Position numbers and translations under genes: made by a program
Shown: positions 15,153 to 24,346 of the stretch, one piece after another
Numbering within the stretch: position 1 is the stretch's first letter
Layout: the number at the start of each line of letters is the position of its first letter
The notes under the pieces: generated by a model
Told to the model about the DNA's origin: nothing
Databases searched by the model: none
The model's input: the letters and a program-made list of their open reading frames with translations, nothing else
Assembly: GCA_050732635.1 (NCBI GenBank)
Contig: JBOHRE010000005.1
Location: 2,897-66,896 of the forward strand
DNA: 64,000 nt
Reading direction: 5' to 3'
Source of the DNA: Longimicrobiales bacterium
Lineage (GTDB): Bacteria > Gemmatimonadota > Gemmatimonadetes > Longimicrobiales > RSA9

Positions 15153-16499
15153 ATGGACAGGACGAAGCAACAGTTGGCCGCGATCGCGCTGGCCAGTGCC
15201 CTGGTGGTGCTGGTCACGGTGCCGGTCGAGGCGCAGAACTACCGCTTCGACATCGGCCTGAACGGCGGTGCGGGGTACTGGACGGAGATGCTCGACGAGG
15301 AGCACCTCGGCACGACGGACGGGTCCGTCAAGTTCGAGTGGGGCTGGCTCGTCGGTGCGCAGGGCACCTTCTGGGCGCGGCCGCGGTTGGGGTTACGCGC
15401 CAACCTCGGCTTCACGGACCGCCCGCTCGAGCTCGATGGTGGTGCGGACGACGTGAATCTGATCAACGACGTCAACCTGTGGAGCGCGAGCGGAGACGTT
15501 ATGATCCGTTTCCGTGAGCCGTCGGAGGAATGGCTGGGACGCGAATTCCTGCCTTACCTGGCACTCGGCGTCGGCGCGAAGTTCGTGAATCCGCCGGGCG
15601 AGACCACGGTCGGTGGCCAGTCCGATGGCGGTGCGATCTTCACGGCCGGAACGAACACCTTCCTGCTGGAGGACGGCAGCACGCTCATGGGCCTGGTCGG
15701 CCTCGGTGGCGACCTGCGGCTGAGTCCGAACTTCGCGTTGCGACTCGAAGCGGGCGATCGGCTGTTCGATGCGCCCATCGAGCTGCTCGAGCCGGCAGCC
15801 GGCGGCGGCTTTCAGCGGCCGGCCAATGAGGAAGATGTCGGCAAGCTGACGCACGAGCTGTACGCCACCGCCGGCCTGCATTGGCTGGCCGGTCTGCAGG
15901 AGCGCGAGCGGGTTGTTGTGGTTCCGCCGCCCGCGCCGGCCGCACCGCCGGCCCCTGCGCCGGCGCCGCCCCGCGAGGAGGCACTCACGGTCTGCGTCGT
16001 GGATCCGACGGCAGCCGGCGGCCTGCGTACGCTCAATGCCGTCTACCTGCCCGACCAGGGTGACACGCTGGTCACTGTCAATGGCAGCCGCGTGCCGCTG
16101 TCGACCGCAACCGGCAGCGTGCTGGTCGCGTCGAGTGCCGACTGGTACATCGCCGGGCGGCCACTGACGGTGCGGCTGGGCAGCCAGACCGCGGAATACG
16201 TGACCTACGCGGGTCCGCGCCAAATCGCGGCACAGGACCTGGAGTTCGTCGGTACGGTGAACGGACTGCCGGTGTACGCGTCGCGGAACGACATCATGGA
16301 TATCCGTGACGAGCTGGCCGAGGTGCGCGAGGCCGAGCGGACCGGCGACCTCGAGGACATCCTCGAGGAGCGTCGCGAGCTGCGCGAGGAGTTCGACGAC
16401 ATTCAGGTGCTGTACGTACCGCTGCGCTCGACTGGCTGCGTGTTCCAAGCCGTGCAGCGGGTCGAGGAGGTGCGCAAGACGCGGGGCGCGAGCAACTAA
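15153..16499 (+). CDS. Outer-membrane protein, OmpA-like architecture with an uncharacterised C-terminal domain; paralog 2
   Basis: RBS AGGAGGAGG. Signal peptide ...LVVLVTVPVEAQ. Same barrel blocks as paralog 1 (RFDIGLNGGAGYW, RLGLRANLGF, YLALGVGA). Hinge PPPAPAAPPAPAPAPP. C-terminal domain about 60% identical to paralog 1 by eye. Confidence 0.85.
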   Translation: MDRTKQQLAAIALASALVVLVTVPVEAQNYRFDIGLNGGAGYWTEMLDEEHLGTTDGSVKFEWGWLVGAQGTFWARPRLGLRANLGFTDRPLELDGGADDVNLINDVNLWSASGDVMIRFREPSEEWLGREFLPYLALGVGAKFVNPPGETTVGGQSDGGAIFTAGTNTFLLEDGSTLMGLVGLGGDLRLSPNFALRLEAGDRLFDAPIELLEPAAGGGFQRPANEEDVGKLTHELYATAGLHWLAGLQERERVVVVPPPAPAAPPAPAPAPPREEALTVCVVDPTAAGGLRTLNAVYLPDQGDTLVTVNGSRVPLSTATGSVLVASSADWYIAGRPLTVRLGSQTAEYVTYAGPRQIAAQDLEFVGTVNGLPVYASRNDIMDIRDELAEVREAERTGDLEDILEERRELREEFDDIQVLYVPLRSTGCVFQAVQRVEEVRKTRGASN

Positions 16500-16533
16500 C
16501 GCGTCGCCCGAGCTTTCCATCACGCGTCGCGCA

Positions 16534-16564
16534 AGGGCGTCCGGCATTGCCGGGCGCCCTTTTG
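16534..16564 (+). terminator. Intrinsic terminator after OMP paralog 2
   Basis: AGGGCGTCCGGC-att-GCCGGGCGCCCT (12 bp, one G-U pair) followed by TTTg. Confidence 0.65.
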
Positions 16565-16632
16565 CATCGAGGGGGGGCCGCGTGCTATTTTCGCGCCGCC
16601 CTGACCAAAAGCCTCGACCCCACGGTTCGACC

Positions 16633-17532
16633 ATGACGCAGGCGGCATCGGCGGCGCCGACCGAAGTCGACCTCACCGCCCTTCGCAAGCGCGCCACGCA
16701 GATCCGCCGACACATCATCGACATGATCGCCGAAGCGGGGAGCGGCCATCCAGGTGGCTCGCTGTCCGCTGTCGAGATCGTCACGGCACTCTACTTCGGC
16801 GGCTTCTTGCGATACGATCCGCGGCGCCCTGAATGGGCTGAACGCGATCGCTTCATCCTGTCGAAAGGTCACGGCGTGCCGGTGCAGTACGCCGCGCTGG
16901 CCGAAGCGGGATTCTTTCCGGTTGCGGAGCTGCGTACACTGCGCAAGATCGACTCGCAACTGCAAGGGCATCCGGTGCTCGGCACCGTGCCCGGCATCGA
17001 GGCGTCGACGGGGTCTCTCGGCCAGGGGCTGTCGATCGGCCTCGGCATGGCCCTGGCCGCACGCCTGGATCGCGCGGCGTGGCGGGTTTTCGTGATGCTC
17101 GGCGACGGGGAATGTCAGGAAGGCCAGGTCTGGGAAGCCGCGCTGGCGGCTGGACACCATTCCCCCGAGAACCTCGTCGCTATTGTCGACTACAACAGGT
17201 TCCAGCTGGACGGCGCGATCGAGGATATCATTGCACTCGAGCCCTTCGCCGCGAAATGGCGGGCCATGGGCTGGCAGGTTCGCGAGCTCGATGGCCATGA
17301 CCTGGGCGACGTCGTGGCTGCGCTGAGCTGGGCGATCGAACAGCGCGGCCCGGCGTGCCTGATCGCGCATACCGTCAAGGGCAAAGGTGTCAGTTTCATG
17401 GAGGCGCAGAACGAATGGCATGGCATCGCGCCATCGGAGGAGGAACGCGCGCGCGCGTTGCAGGAGCTCACGGCCGAGGCACTCGGCTCGGTTGAGGCCG
17501 AGGCGGCCGCCGACACGGCGGCCCGCCGATGA
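16633..17532 (+). CDS. Transketolase, N-terminal (TPP-binding) subunit
   Basis: Start trimmed to MTQAASAAPTEVDL. GSGHPGGSLSAVEIVTALYF and GDGECQEGQVWEA motifs. 299 aa split-type transketolase. Confidence 0.9.
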   Translation: MTQAASAAPTEVDLTALRKRATQIRRHIIDMIAEAGSGHPGGSLSAVEIVTALYFGGFLRYDPRRPEWAERDRFILSKGHGVPVQYAALAEAGFFPVAELRTLRKIDSQLQGHPVLGTVPGIEASTGSLGQGLSIGLGMALAARLDRAAWRVFVMLGDGECQEGQVWEAALAAGHHSPENLVAIVDYNRFQLDGAIEDIIALEPFAAKWRAMGWQVRELDGHDLGDVVAALSWAIEQRGPACLIAHTVKGKGVSFMEAQNEWHGIAPSEEERARALQELTAEALGSVEAEAAADTAARR

Positions 17533-18506
17533 AGGCGCTCTACCCGGGGCTCGAGTTCGGCAAGGCCACCCGCGATGCATATGGTGAAGCGTTGCGGGAG
17601 CTGGGGCGTCACCACGACGAGATCGTCGTGCTCGACGCGGACCTCGCCAAGAGCACACGCAGCTACGCGTTTGCCGAGGAGAATCCTGATCGCTTCTTCA
17701 ATGTCGGCATCCAGGAAGCCAATATGGTGGGGATGGCCGGCGGTCTGGCCAGCAGCGGCAAGGTTCCCTTCATCTCGAGCTTTGCCTGCTTCGTCATCCT
17801 CAAGGGCTTCGATCAGCTACGCATGGCGGTTGCCTACGCGAACCTGAACATCAAGGTGGCGGGCAGCCACGGCGGCATTTCGTCCGGCGAGGACGGCGCG
17901 AGTCAGCAGTCGGTCGAGGACGTGGGGCTGGCCTGCAGTCTGCCCCATTTCGTCGTCTGCGTGCCGGCGGATGAGCATGCCATGCGCGCCGCGGTCCGCG
18001 CTGCATACGAACACCGCGGACCGGTTTACTTGCGGCTGGGGCGGCCGAAGGCGCCCCTCGTTTACAGTGGTCCACCGGCGGAGTTCGCGCTCGGCCGGGC
18101 CGTACGGCTCCGCGAGGGTCGTGATCTCACGATCATCGCCAACGGCTTGCTGGTCGGCGCCGGACTGGTGGCCGCGGACCGACTCGGCGCGGAGGGCATT
18201 GGCGTACGCGTGGTCGACATGCACACCGTCAAGCCGCTCGATGTGGAGGAGCTACGCTCGGCGGCCGAGGATACCGGTGCTATCGTGGTGGCCGAGGAGC
18301 ACCTGCTGCACGGCGGACTCGGCTCGCGCTGCGCGCAGGAGATCGCGCGACTGCAGCCGGTACCGATGGAGTTCGTCGGTCTGGATGACACCTACGCCGA
18401 GAGTGGCGACCCGGAAGCGCTGCTGCGCAAGTATGGCTTGACCGCGGACGACGTGATCGCGGCCGCGCGGCGCGTGCTCGAACGGCGCCCGGTACGGATC
18501 GTGTGA
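17529..18506 (+). CDS. Transketolase, C-terminal (pyrimidine-binding) subunit
   Basis: 325 aa. FNVGIQEANMVGMAGGLA motif. ATGA overlap with the N-terminal subunit gene. Confidence 0.9.
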   Translation: MKALYPGLEFGKATRDAYGEALRELGRHHDEIVVLDADLAKSTRSYAFAEENPDRFFNVGIQEANMVGMAGGLASSGKVPFISSFACFVILKGFDQLRMAVAYANLNIKVAGSHGGISSGEDGASQQSVEDVGLACSLPHFVVCVPADEHAMRAAVRAAYEHRGPVYLRLGRPKAPLVYSGPPAEFALGRAVRLREGRDLTIIANGLLVGAGLVAADRLGAEGIGVRVVDMHTVKPLDVEELRSAAEDTGAIVVAEEHLLHGGLGSRCAQEIARLQPVPMEFVGLDDTYAESGDPEALLRKYGLTADDVIAAARRVLERRPVRIV

Positions 18507-19282
18507 CCGCACGGATCACCCGATGTTCAGGATTCGATGAAGGAACTGCTGCGCCAGTACGCGGTGTGACGAGCGCGACCGACGCGAACAAGCGCCGGGC
18601 GGCGATACGCGCGGTCGAGCTGGTCGAGGACGGCATGGCGGTCGGACTCGGCACGGGATCGACCGCGCGCTTCGTTCTGGAGGAGCTGGCGCGACTGCGC
18701 CGGGCCGGACAGCTCGCGCACATCGTCGGCGTGCCGACGTCTCGCCAGACCGAGGCGCTCGCGGCCGAGCTGTCGATCCCGCTCACCACGCTCGATACGC
18801 GGCCGTCACTCGACATCGCGATCGACGGCGCGGACGAGGTCGGACCGGGTCTCGACCTGATCAAGGGCCTGGGCGGCGCACTGCTGTGGGAGAAGATCGT
18901 GGCCGCGGCGGCCGCACGGCTGATCATCGCGATCGACTCGAGCAAGCTCGTCGAACGCCTCGGGACCCGTGCCCCGTTGCCCGTCGAGGTCGTCGTATTC
19001 GGAGCGCGCACGCACGAAGCCGCCGTCGAGCGGCTGGGTGGCCGGGCCACGCTGCGCCGAGGTCCTGACGGGCAGGCGTTCGTCACCGATTCCGGCAATC
19101 ATATTCTCGACTGCAACTTTGCCGGTGGTCTCGGCGACCCCATGGCCGTGCACGACACGCTGAAGTCACGTGCCGGCGTGGTCGAGACCGGCCTCTTCCT
19201 CGGCATGACCGACACGGTCGTCGTGGGACGCGAGGACGGTGCCGAAGTGCTCGAACGCGTCACACACGGAGTCGGCGCGTGA
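18503..19282 (+). CDS. rpiA: Ribose-5-phosphate isomerase A
   Basis: VGLGTGSTA, DGADEV and KGLGGALLWEKIV motifs. GTGA overlap start at 18503. An in-frame GTG at 18566 is an alternative start. Confidence 0.9.
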   Translation: MTARITRCSGFDEGTAAPVRGVTSATDANKRRAAIRAVELVEDGMAVGLGTGSTARFVLEELARLRRAGQLAHIVGVPTSRQTEALAAELSIPLTTLDTRPSLDIAIDGADEVGPGLDLIKGLGGALLWEKIVAAAAARLIIAIDSSKLVERLGTRAPLPVEVVVFGARTHEAAVERLGGRATLRRGPDGQAFVTDSGNHILDCNFAGGLGDPMAVHDTLKSRAGVVETGLFLGMTDTVVVGREDGAEVLERVTHGVGA

Positions 19283-19965
19283 GAGTCGAGATCGCGCCCT
19301 CGATTCTGTCGGCTGATTTCGCGCGACTGGCCGATGCGGTCGCCGTGGCCGAAGCGGCCGGTGCCGACCGCATCCACGTCGACGTCATGGATGGTCATTT
19401 CGTGCCGAATCTCACGATCGGTCCACCGGTCGTGAGCGCGTTGCGCCGCGTGACCTCGCTGCCCCTCGACACACATCTCATGATCGAACGGCCGGAACTG
19501 CTCGTCGACGCCTTTGCCGATGCGGGCGCAGACGTGCTCGTGGTGCACGTCGAAGCCGCGACTCACCTGCACCGCGTCGTCCAGCGGATCCGCGAACGGG
19601 GCATGAAACCGGCTGTCGCATTGAATCCCGCCACCTCCCTGACCACGCTGGAAGAGATCCTCCCCTACGTCGACCAGGTGCTCGTCATGACCGTGAACCC
19701 GGGCTTCGCCGGGCAGCGCTTCATTACGAGCTGCACCGACAAGGTCGCGCGGCTACGCCGCACGCTGGACGAGCTGAGCCTCGACCGCATCGATGTCGAG
19801 GTCGATGGCGGCATCGATCCGCACACCGCCGGTGATGTCGTGGCCGCGGGTGCAAATGTGCTCGTCGCCGGCGCCGCCGTCTTCAACGATCACGCGAGCG
19901 TCGCGGACAACATCGCTGCGTTGCGCGCCTCGGCTGCGCAGGGCAGTGCCTCGCTGCGTGCCTGA
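19279..19965 (+). CDS. rpe: Ribulose-phosphate 3-epimerase
   Basis: 228 aa. IHVDVMDGHFVPNLTIG and MTVNPGFAGQRF motifs. Confidence 0.95.
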   Translation: MRVEIAPSILSADFARLADAVAVAEAAGADRIHVDVMDGHFVPNLTIGPPVVSALRRVTSLPLDTHLMIERPELLVDAFADAGADVLVVHVEAATHLHRVVQRIRERGMKPAVALNPATSLTTLEEILPYVDQVLVMTVNPGFAGQRFITSCTDKVARLRRTLDELSLDRIDVEVDGGIDPHTAGDVVAAGANVLVAGAAVFNDHASVADNIAALRASAAQGSASLRA

Positions 19966-19990
19966 CTCCTAGCAATCCGGGAGCGGTCTC

Positions 19991-20680
19991 ATGGCACGGA
20001 AACTCGTCGTCGAAGGGATCGGCACCTTCTTTCTGGTGCTGACGATCGGCCAGGTCGTGCTCGAGCCCGGTGCCGGCGCGCTCGCGCCGATCGCGATCGG
20101 CTCCGTGCTCATGGTCATGGTCTACGCCGGTGGGCACATCTCCGGCGCGCACTACAACCCTGCGGCCACGCTGGCCGTCTTCCTGCGCGGCCGCGCAACG
20201 AGTGCCGAGCTCGGCGCCTACTGGGGCGCGCAGCTCCTGGCCGCTGCGCTCGCCGCGCTGCTCACACTGTACCTGAAGGGCGACGTGCCCGTCGCCATCG
20301 TGCCGCCCGTGCTGCCGGCGCTCCTCGCCGAGTTCACCTTCACCTTCGCGCTCGCCTACGTGATCCTGAACGTGGCCACGACCCGCGGCAATGAAGGGAA
20401 TTCGTACTACGGTCTGGCCATCGGCTTCACCGTCACCGCCGGCGCGTATGCCGTCGGCGGCATCTCCGGCGCAGCCTTCAATCCCGCGGTGGCCGTAGCG
20501 CTCGCCATGATGGGGGTGCTGGCGTCCAGTCATCTGTGGGTCTACTTCGTCGCCGAGCTGCTCGGCGGCGCCGCCGCGGCGCTGCTCTTCAACGCGCTCG
20601 ACCTCGGTGACGACAAGCCGACCACCGCCACGCCGGCCCAGCAGGCTGCGCTGCGACCGCCCGCGGAGCCAGGGACGTGA
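19991..20680 (+). CDS. MIP-family channel (aquaporin/glycerol facilitator-like)
   Basis: 229 aa, six hydrophobic segments, and two NPA boxes (HYNPAATLAVF, AFNPAVAVALA). Confidence 0.9.
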   Translation: MARKLVVEGIGTFFLVLTIGQVVLEPGAGALAPIAIGSVLMVMVYAGGHISGAHYNPAATLAVFLRGRATSAELGAYWGAQLLAAALAALLTLYLKGDVPVAIVPPVLPALLAEFTFTFALAYVILNVATTRGNEGNSYYGLAIGFTVTAGAYAVGGISGAAFNPAVAVALAMMGVLASSHLWVYFVAELLGGAAAALLFNALDLGDDKPTTATPAQQAALRPPAEPGT

Positions 20681-20776
20681 GATCGCATGCCCCGCGCGCG
20701 CATGCGCGCTCGTGCGGCGCACCACCACCACGCCGGGTTCCTCCAAAGCTGCGATTCAGGTAGCTTCATGCCGCTG

Positions 20777-20859
20777 GCCGGGGTGGCGGAACGGTAGACG
20801 CAGGGGACTTAAAATCCTCGGGGCTTCGGCCCGTGTGGGTTCGACTCCCACCCCCGGCA
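20777..20859 (+). tRNA. tRNA-Leu (anticodon TAA)
   Basis: Acceptor GCCGGGG/CCCCGGC, anticodon loop CTTAAAA, long variable arm (CGGGGCTTCGGCCCG), T-arm GTGGG-TTCGACT-CCCAC. A TAGCTT -10-like hexamer lies at 20761-20766. Confidence 0.9.
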
Positions 20860-20954
20860 TCGGCGTTCGTCGTTGGCGGCAGGCGGTTCCGCGGTGGCGG
20901 TGGACGCTGCGCCGGCGGGTTGCCTGGCCGTTTGCACCCCCTACCTTCCGCGCC

Positions 20955-21314
20955 ATGAACGGCGCGATTCTCATCCTCGCGGTCTTCGGTGTGCTGGCCC
21001 TCCTGCGTCACATCCTGCGCGCGGTATTCGTGCTGGCGCGGCGCGGCGTGGACGCGTTTCTGGCCGGTGAAGCGGCGGACGTGCGTGCGCGCCGGGGCGA
21101 TCTGACTGGCCTCGAGGATGCCGAGCGGAATGCGCAGAGGGCGCGGCGGGCGCGCGTGCGGGCGAGCATCGGTCTGGCCGTGTGGTCCGCATTGTTGGTC
21201 GCGCCCCCGTTCACCGAGTGGACGGCGGAGATCTATGCGGCCTGCGCGATGTTGTGGCTGTTCGGGCCGGCTGGGACGAGTCTGCGTCCGCTGCCTACCA
21301 AGGAAGCGCCGTGA
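20955..21314 (+). CDS. Hypothetical small membrane protein
   Basis: 119 aa from the first ATG after the tRNA. Hydrophobic N-terminus (MNGAILILAVFGVLALL) and a second hydrophobic region. High GC3. Its stop overlaps the rnz start (GTGA). Confidence 0.5.
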   Translation: MNGAILILAVFGVLALLRHILRAVFVLARRGVDAFLAGEAADVRARRGDLTGLEDAERNAQRARRARVRASIGLAVWSALLVAPPFTEWTAEIYAACAMLWLFGPAGTSLRPLPTKEAP

Positions 21315-22231
21315 TCCGCGTGACCTTCCTCGGCACAGCTGCGAGCCGGCCGACGGTCGGACGCAACGTCAGCGCGCTGGTAATCAACCGCGAGGGCGAG
21401 CTGCTGATGTTCGACTGCGGCGAAGGCACGCAGCGGCAGATGATGCGGTTTGCCACGGGCTTCACCGTGAATGACATCTTCTTCACGCACCTGCACGCGG
21501 ATCACTTTCTCGGTGTGACCGGGCTGTTGCGCACGATGGGGCTTCAGGGCAGGGAAGCGTCGATGCGTTTGTGGGCGCCGCAGGGCGGCCGTGCGATCCT
21601 GACCCAGGCAGTCCAGCTCGGTGTTGAACGCGTGCCGTTTGACATTACAATCGAGGAGCTGAGGCCGGACGCGCGCGTCGAGCGAAGCGAGTATGATGTG
21701 GTCGCCTACCGGACGCAGCACGGGCAACACTCGCTGGGATACGCGCTGATCGAGCACACGCGCCTGGGCCGGTTCCACCCCGAGCGTGCGCGCGAGCTGG
21801 GTGTACCGGAAGGGCCGCTGTTCGGCAAGCTGCACCGCGGCGAGACGGTGCAGGTCGACGGGCGCCGGATCACGGCCGAGGACGTCGTCGGGCCGCCGCG
21901 TCCGGGGCGTCGCATCGTGTATACCGGCGACACTCGACCGTGCCGCACCACCATCGAGATTGCTCAGAACGCCGACCTGCTGGTGCACGACTGCACCTTC
22001 GCTGACGACGAGGCGGACCGCGCCAAGGCGACGGGCCATTCGACGGCGGGCGAGGCCGCCCGGCTGGCGCAGCAGGCGTGCGTGCGGCGCCTCGTGCTCA
22101 CGCACCTTTCCTCGCGTTATGCCGACGACCCGCAGCTGCTCGAGCGCGAGGCGCGCCGAGTCTTCGGGCGCACCATCGTTGCCCATGATGGCTACGAGGT
22201 CGAGGTGCCGTTCCCTCCGGACAGCGGCTAG
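21311..22231 (+). CDS. rnz: Ribonuclease Z
   Basis: Start trimmed to VIRVTFLGTAASRP. Metallo-beta-lactamase motif HLHADHFLG. 306 aa. Confidence 0.9.
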   Translation: MIRVTFLGTAASRPTVGRNVSALVINREGELLMFDCGEGTQRQMMRFATGFTVNDIFFTHLHADHFLGVTGLLRTMGLQGREASMRLWAPQGGRAILTQAVQLGVERVPFDITIEELRPDARVERSEYDVVAYRTQHGQHSLGYALIEHTRLGRFHPERARELGVPEGPLFGKLHRGETVQVDGRRITAEDVVGPPRPGRRIVYTGDTRPCRTTIEIAQNADLLVHDCTFADDEADRAKATGHSTAGEAARLAQQACVRRLVLTHLSSRYADDPQLLEREARRVFGRTIVAHDGYEVEVPFPPDSG

Positions 22232-22233
22232 CC

Positions 22234-23517
22234 GTGTTCGAGCTGCGCGTGCCCGGCGACAAATCGATCTCGCACCGGGCGCTGCTGCTGGCCGCCGTCG
22301 CGTCCGGGACGAGCCGCATTCGCGGCCTGCTGCCGGGAGAGGACCCCCGGTCCACGGCGCGGGTGCTGCGCGCGTTGGGCGTCGACGTTCCCGAGCTGAC
22401 GCAGGCGACGCTCGAGATCCGCGGGCGCGGCCTGCGCGGCCTGTCGCAGCCGGCCGCGGACCTCGACTGCGGCAACAGTGGCACCACCGCCCGCCTGCTC
22501 CTCGGTATCCTCGCGGCACAGCCACTGGACGCCGTGGTGACCGGCGACGCATCGCTCCGCTCCCGGCCGATGCGCCGGGTCAGCGAGCCGCTCACGAGGA
22601 TGGGCGCCAGCATCGATGAGCTGGAAGCGGCCGACCGCCTGCCGCTCCGCGTGCGTGGCGGCCCATTGCGAGCGATTGCGCATGCGAGTGAGCACGCCAG
22701 TGCGCAGGTCAAAGGAGCACTCATGCTCGCCGGATTGTGCGCCGGCGTACCGGTGACCGTGGCCGAACCGGCGCTCTCGCGCGACCACACCGAACGCCTG
22801 CTTCGCGGGCTGGGCGTCGGCATCCGCGTCGAGACCGCCGGTCCTCAGGGCGGCTCGCAGAGCGCGCTCCAGCCCGTGCAGTCACTGCCTGCACTCGACC
22901 TCGTGGTGCCCGGTGACTTCTCGGCCGCCGCCTTCCTGCTCGCGCTGGCGCTGCTCGCCGGCGGCCGGTCGCTGCGCATCGCAGGCGTGGGCACGAACCC
23001 CACGCGCACCGGCCTGTTGCCTGTGCTCGAGCGGATGGGCGCCGCGGTGCGGGTCGAGGCGGAGCGGAGCCAGTGTGGCGAGCCGGTTGGCGACATCGTC
23101 GCGGCGGCATCGTCGCTCGCCGCGACCACCATTGACGCCGCCGAGATCCCGACCCTGATCGATGAGGTGCCGATCCTCGCGGTCCTCGCCGCTCACGCGA
23201 ACGGTGAGACACGGATTCGCGGCGCCGAGGAGCTGCGCCTGAAGGAATCGGATCGGTTGGCCGTCCTGGCCGCCAACCTGCGCGGCACCGGCGTCGCCTG
23301 CACTGAGCTGCCGGACGGACTCGTCATACAGGGCGCCGACCGGCCCCTCAGCGGGACCGTGCATGCGCACGGCGATCACCGCATTGCAATGGCCTTCGGC
23401 ATCGCCGCCGCATTGCCGGGTAGCCGCATCGAAATCGACGACCCGACCTGCGCCGACATCAGCTTCCCGGGATTCTGGCAGTTGGTGCGTCGGACCATGG
23501 CCGAGCTGCGTGCATGA
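22234..23517 (+). CDS. aroA: 3-phosphoshikimate 1-carboxyvinyltransferase (EPSP synthase)
   Basis: 427 aa. VPGDKSISHRALLLAA, LDCGNSGTTARLL and HGDHRIAMAF motifs. Confidence 0.95.
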   Translation: MFELRVPGDKSISHRALLLAAVASGTSRIRGLLPGEDPRSTARVLRALGVDVPELTQATLEIRGRGLRGLSQPAADLDCGNSGTTARLLLGILAAQPLDAVVTGDASLRSRPMRRVSEPLTRMGASIDELEAADRLPLRVRGGPLRAIAHASEHASAQVKGALMLAGLCAGVPVTVAEPALSRDHTERLLRGLGVGIRVETAGPQGGSQSALQPVQSLPALDLVVPGDFSAAAFLLALALLAGGRSLRIAGVGTNPTRTGLLPVLERMGAAVRVEAERSQCGEPVGDIVAAASSLAATTIDAAEIPTLIDEVPILAVLAAHANGETRIRGAEELRLKESDRLAVLAANLRGTGVACTELPDGLVIQGADRPLSGTVHAHGDHRIAMAFGIAAALPGSRIEIDDPTCADISFPGFWQLVRRTMAELRA

Positions 23518-24182
23518 TCATCGCCATCGACGGCCCCGCCGGTTCCGGCAAGAGCACGACTGCCGAAGCCGTGGCCGATGCGCTCGGCTTTCGGCACCTC
23601 GACTCGGGGGCTCTCTACCGCGCACTGACGGCAGCGGCAGTGCAGCACGGGGTCCCGGAGTCCGCCTGGCCGTCCCTCTCCGAGGCGGATCTCGATCGGC
23701 TCGGCGTGTCCGCCACGGTCGAGCCCACGGGCCTGCGCGTGCGCATCGATGGTCGCGACGCTGCTGTGGCGATCCGGGCGCCCGAGGTCAATGCGCGGGT
23801 CTCTCACCTGGCAGCGCAGCCGACGGTCCGTCATTGGGTCAATCAGCGCCTGCGTGAGGCGAGCCGGCACCTGGATGTGGTGGCCGACGGCCGCGACATT
23901 GGCACCGTCGTCTTTCCTGATGCCGAGCTCAAGGTCTTCCTCACCGCCGCGCCCGCGATCCGCGCGCGCCGTCGACTCGCCGATCACGGCAACACGACGC
24001 CGCGCGACGATGAAGTGCGCGCCGAGACCGAGCGACTGCTGACGCGTGACCGGCTGGATCGCGAGCGCAGCGTGGCGCCGTTGAGGCGTGCCCCGGACGC
24101 TGTCGACGTGGACACCTCCAACATCGGCTTCGACGAGCAGGTTGCTCGCATCGTCGAGCTGGCACGACAGCGCGGCGCGTGA
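23514..24182 (+). CDS. cmk: Cytidylate kinase
   Basis: 222 aa. P-loop IIAIDGPAGSGKSTTAEAVA. In the conserved aroA-cmk-rpsA order. Confidence 0.95.
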   Translation: MIIAIDGPAGSGKSTTAEAVADALGFRHLDSGALYRALTAAAVQHGVPESAWPSLSEADLDRLGVSATVEPTGLRVRIDGRDAAVAIRAPEVNARVSHLAAQPTVRHWVNQRLREASRHLDVVADGRDIGTVVFPDAELKVFLTAAPAIRARRRLADHGNTTPRDDEVRAETERLLTRDRLDRERSVAPLRRAPDAVDVDTSNIGFDEQVARIVELARQRGA

Positions 24183-24212
24183 GGGGCGGTTTGCAAGCTG
24201 CGTCGCCGCGGC

Positions 24213-24241
24213 TTGACCGGACTTCGCGGCCCCAGTAGCTT
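24213..24241 (+). promoter_or_regulatory. Promoter TTGACC-N17-TAGCTT upstream of rpsA
   Basis: TTGACC at 24213-24218, 17-nt spacer, TAGCTT at 24236-24241. Identical hexamers and spacing to the tRNA-Gly promoter. Confidence 0.45.
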
Positions 24242-24346
24242 TCCAGGCTATCGCGCGCCCGCTCCGGCAGGGGCGGTCGCGCACGTTTTCAGCGAGCCCG
24301 GGCGGCAGAACGGCCCGGTGGTCAGGACCGGAGGACCGCACCAATC

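Noticed and set aside
16571-16577. G7 homopolymer in the putative transketolase promoter spacer (TTGCAT-N18-TATTTT) as a phase-variation tract
   Set aside because: Seven G is shorter than tracts that typically phase-vary, the promoter call itself is weak, and a core pentose-phosphate operon is an unlikely phase-variable target.
13872-16784. Two long antisense ORFs (13872-15305 and 15393-16784, 477 and 463 aa) opposite the OMP paralogs
   Set aside because: They are stop-codon-poor mirror frames of GC-rich genes with Arg/His/Pro-rich low-complexity translations. The sense-strand genes have signal peptides, RBSs and terminators.
20681-20710. CGCATGC...GCATGCG hairpin after the aquaporin gene as a terminator
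   Set aside because: It is a 7-bp stem with a 9-nt loop and no following T-run. It is not convincing as an intrinsic terminator.
20607-20954. 5' part of the 235-aa ORF 20607-21314
   Set aside because: It overlaps the aquaporin 3' end and the whole tRNA-Leu. The gene is trimmed to ATG 20955.
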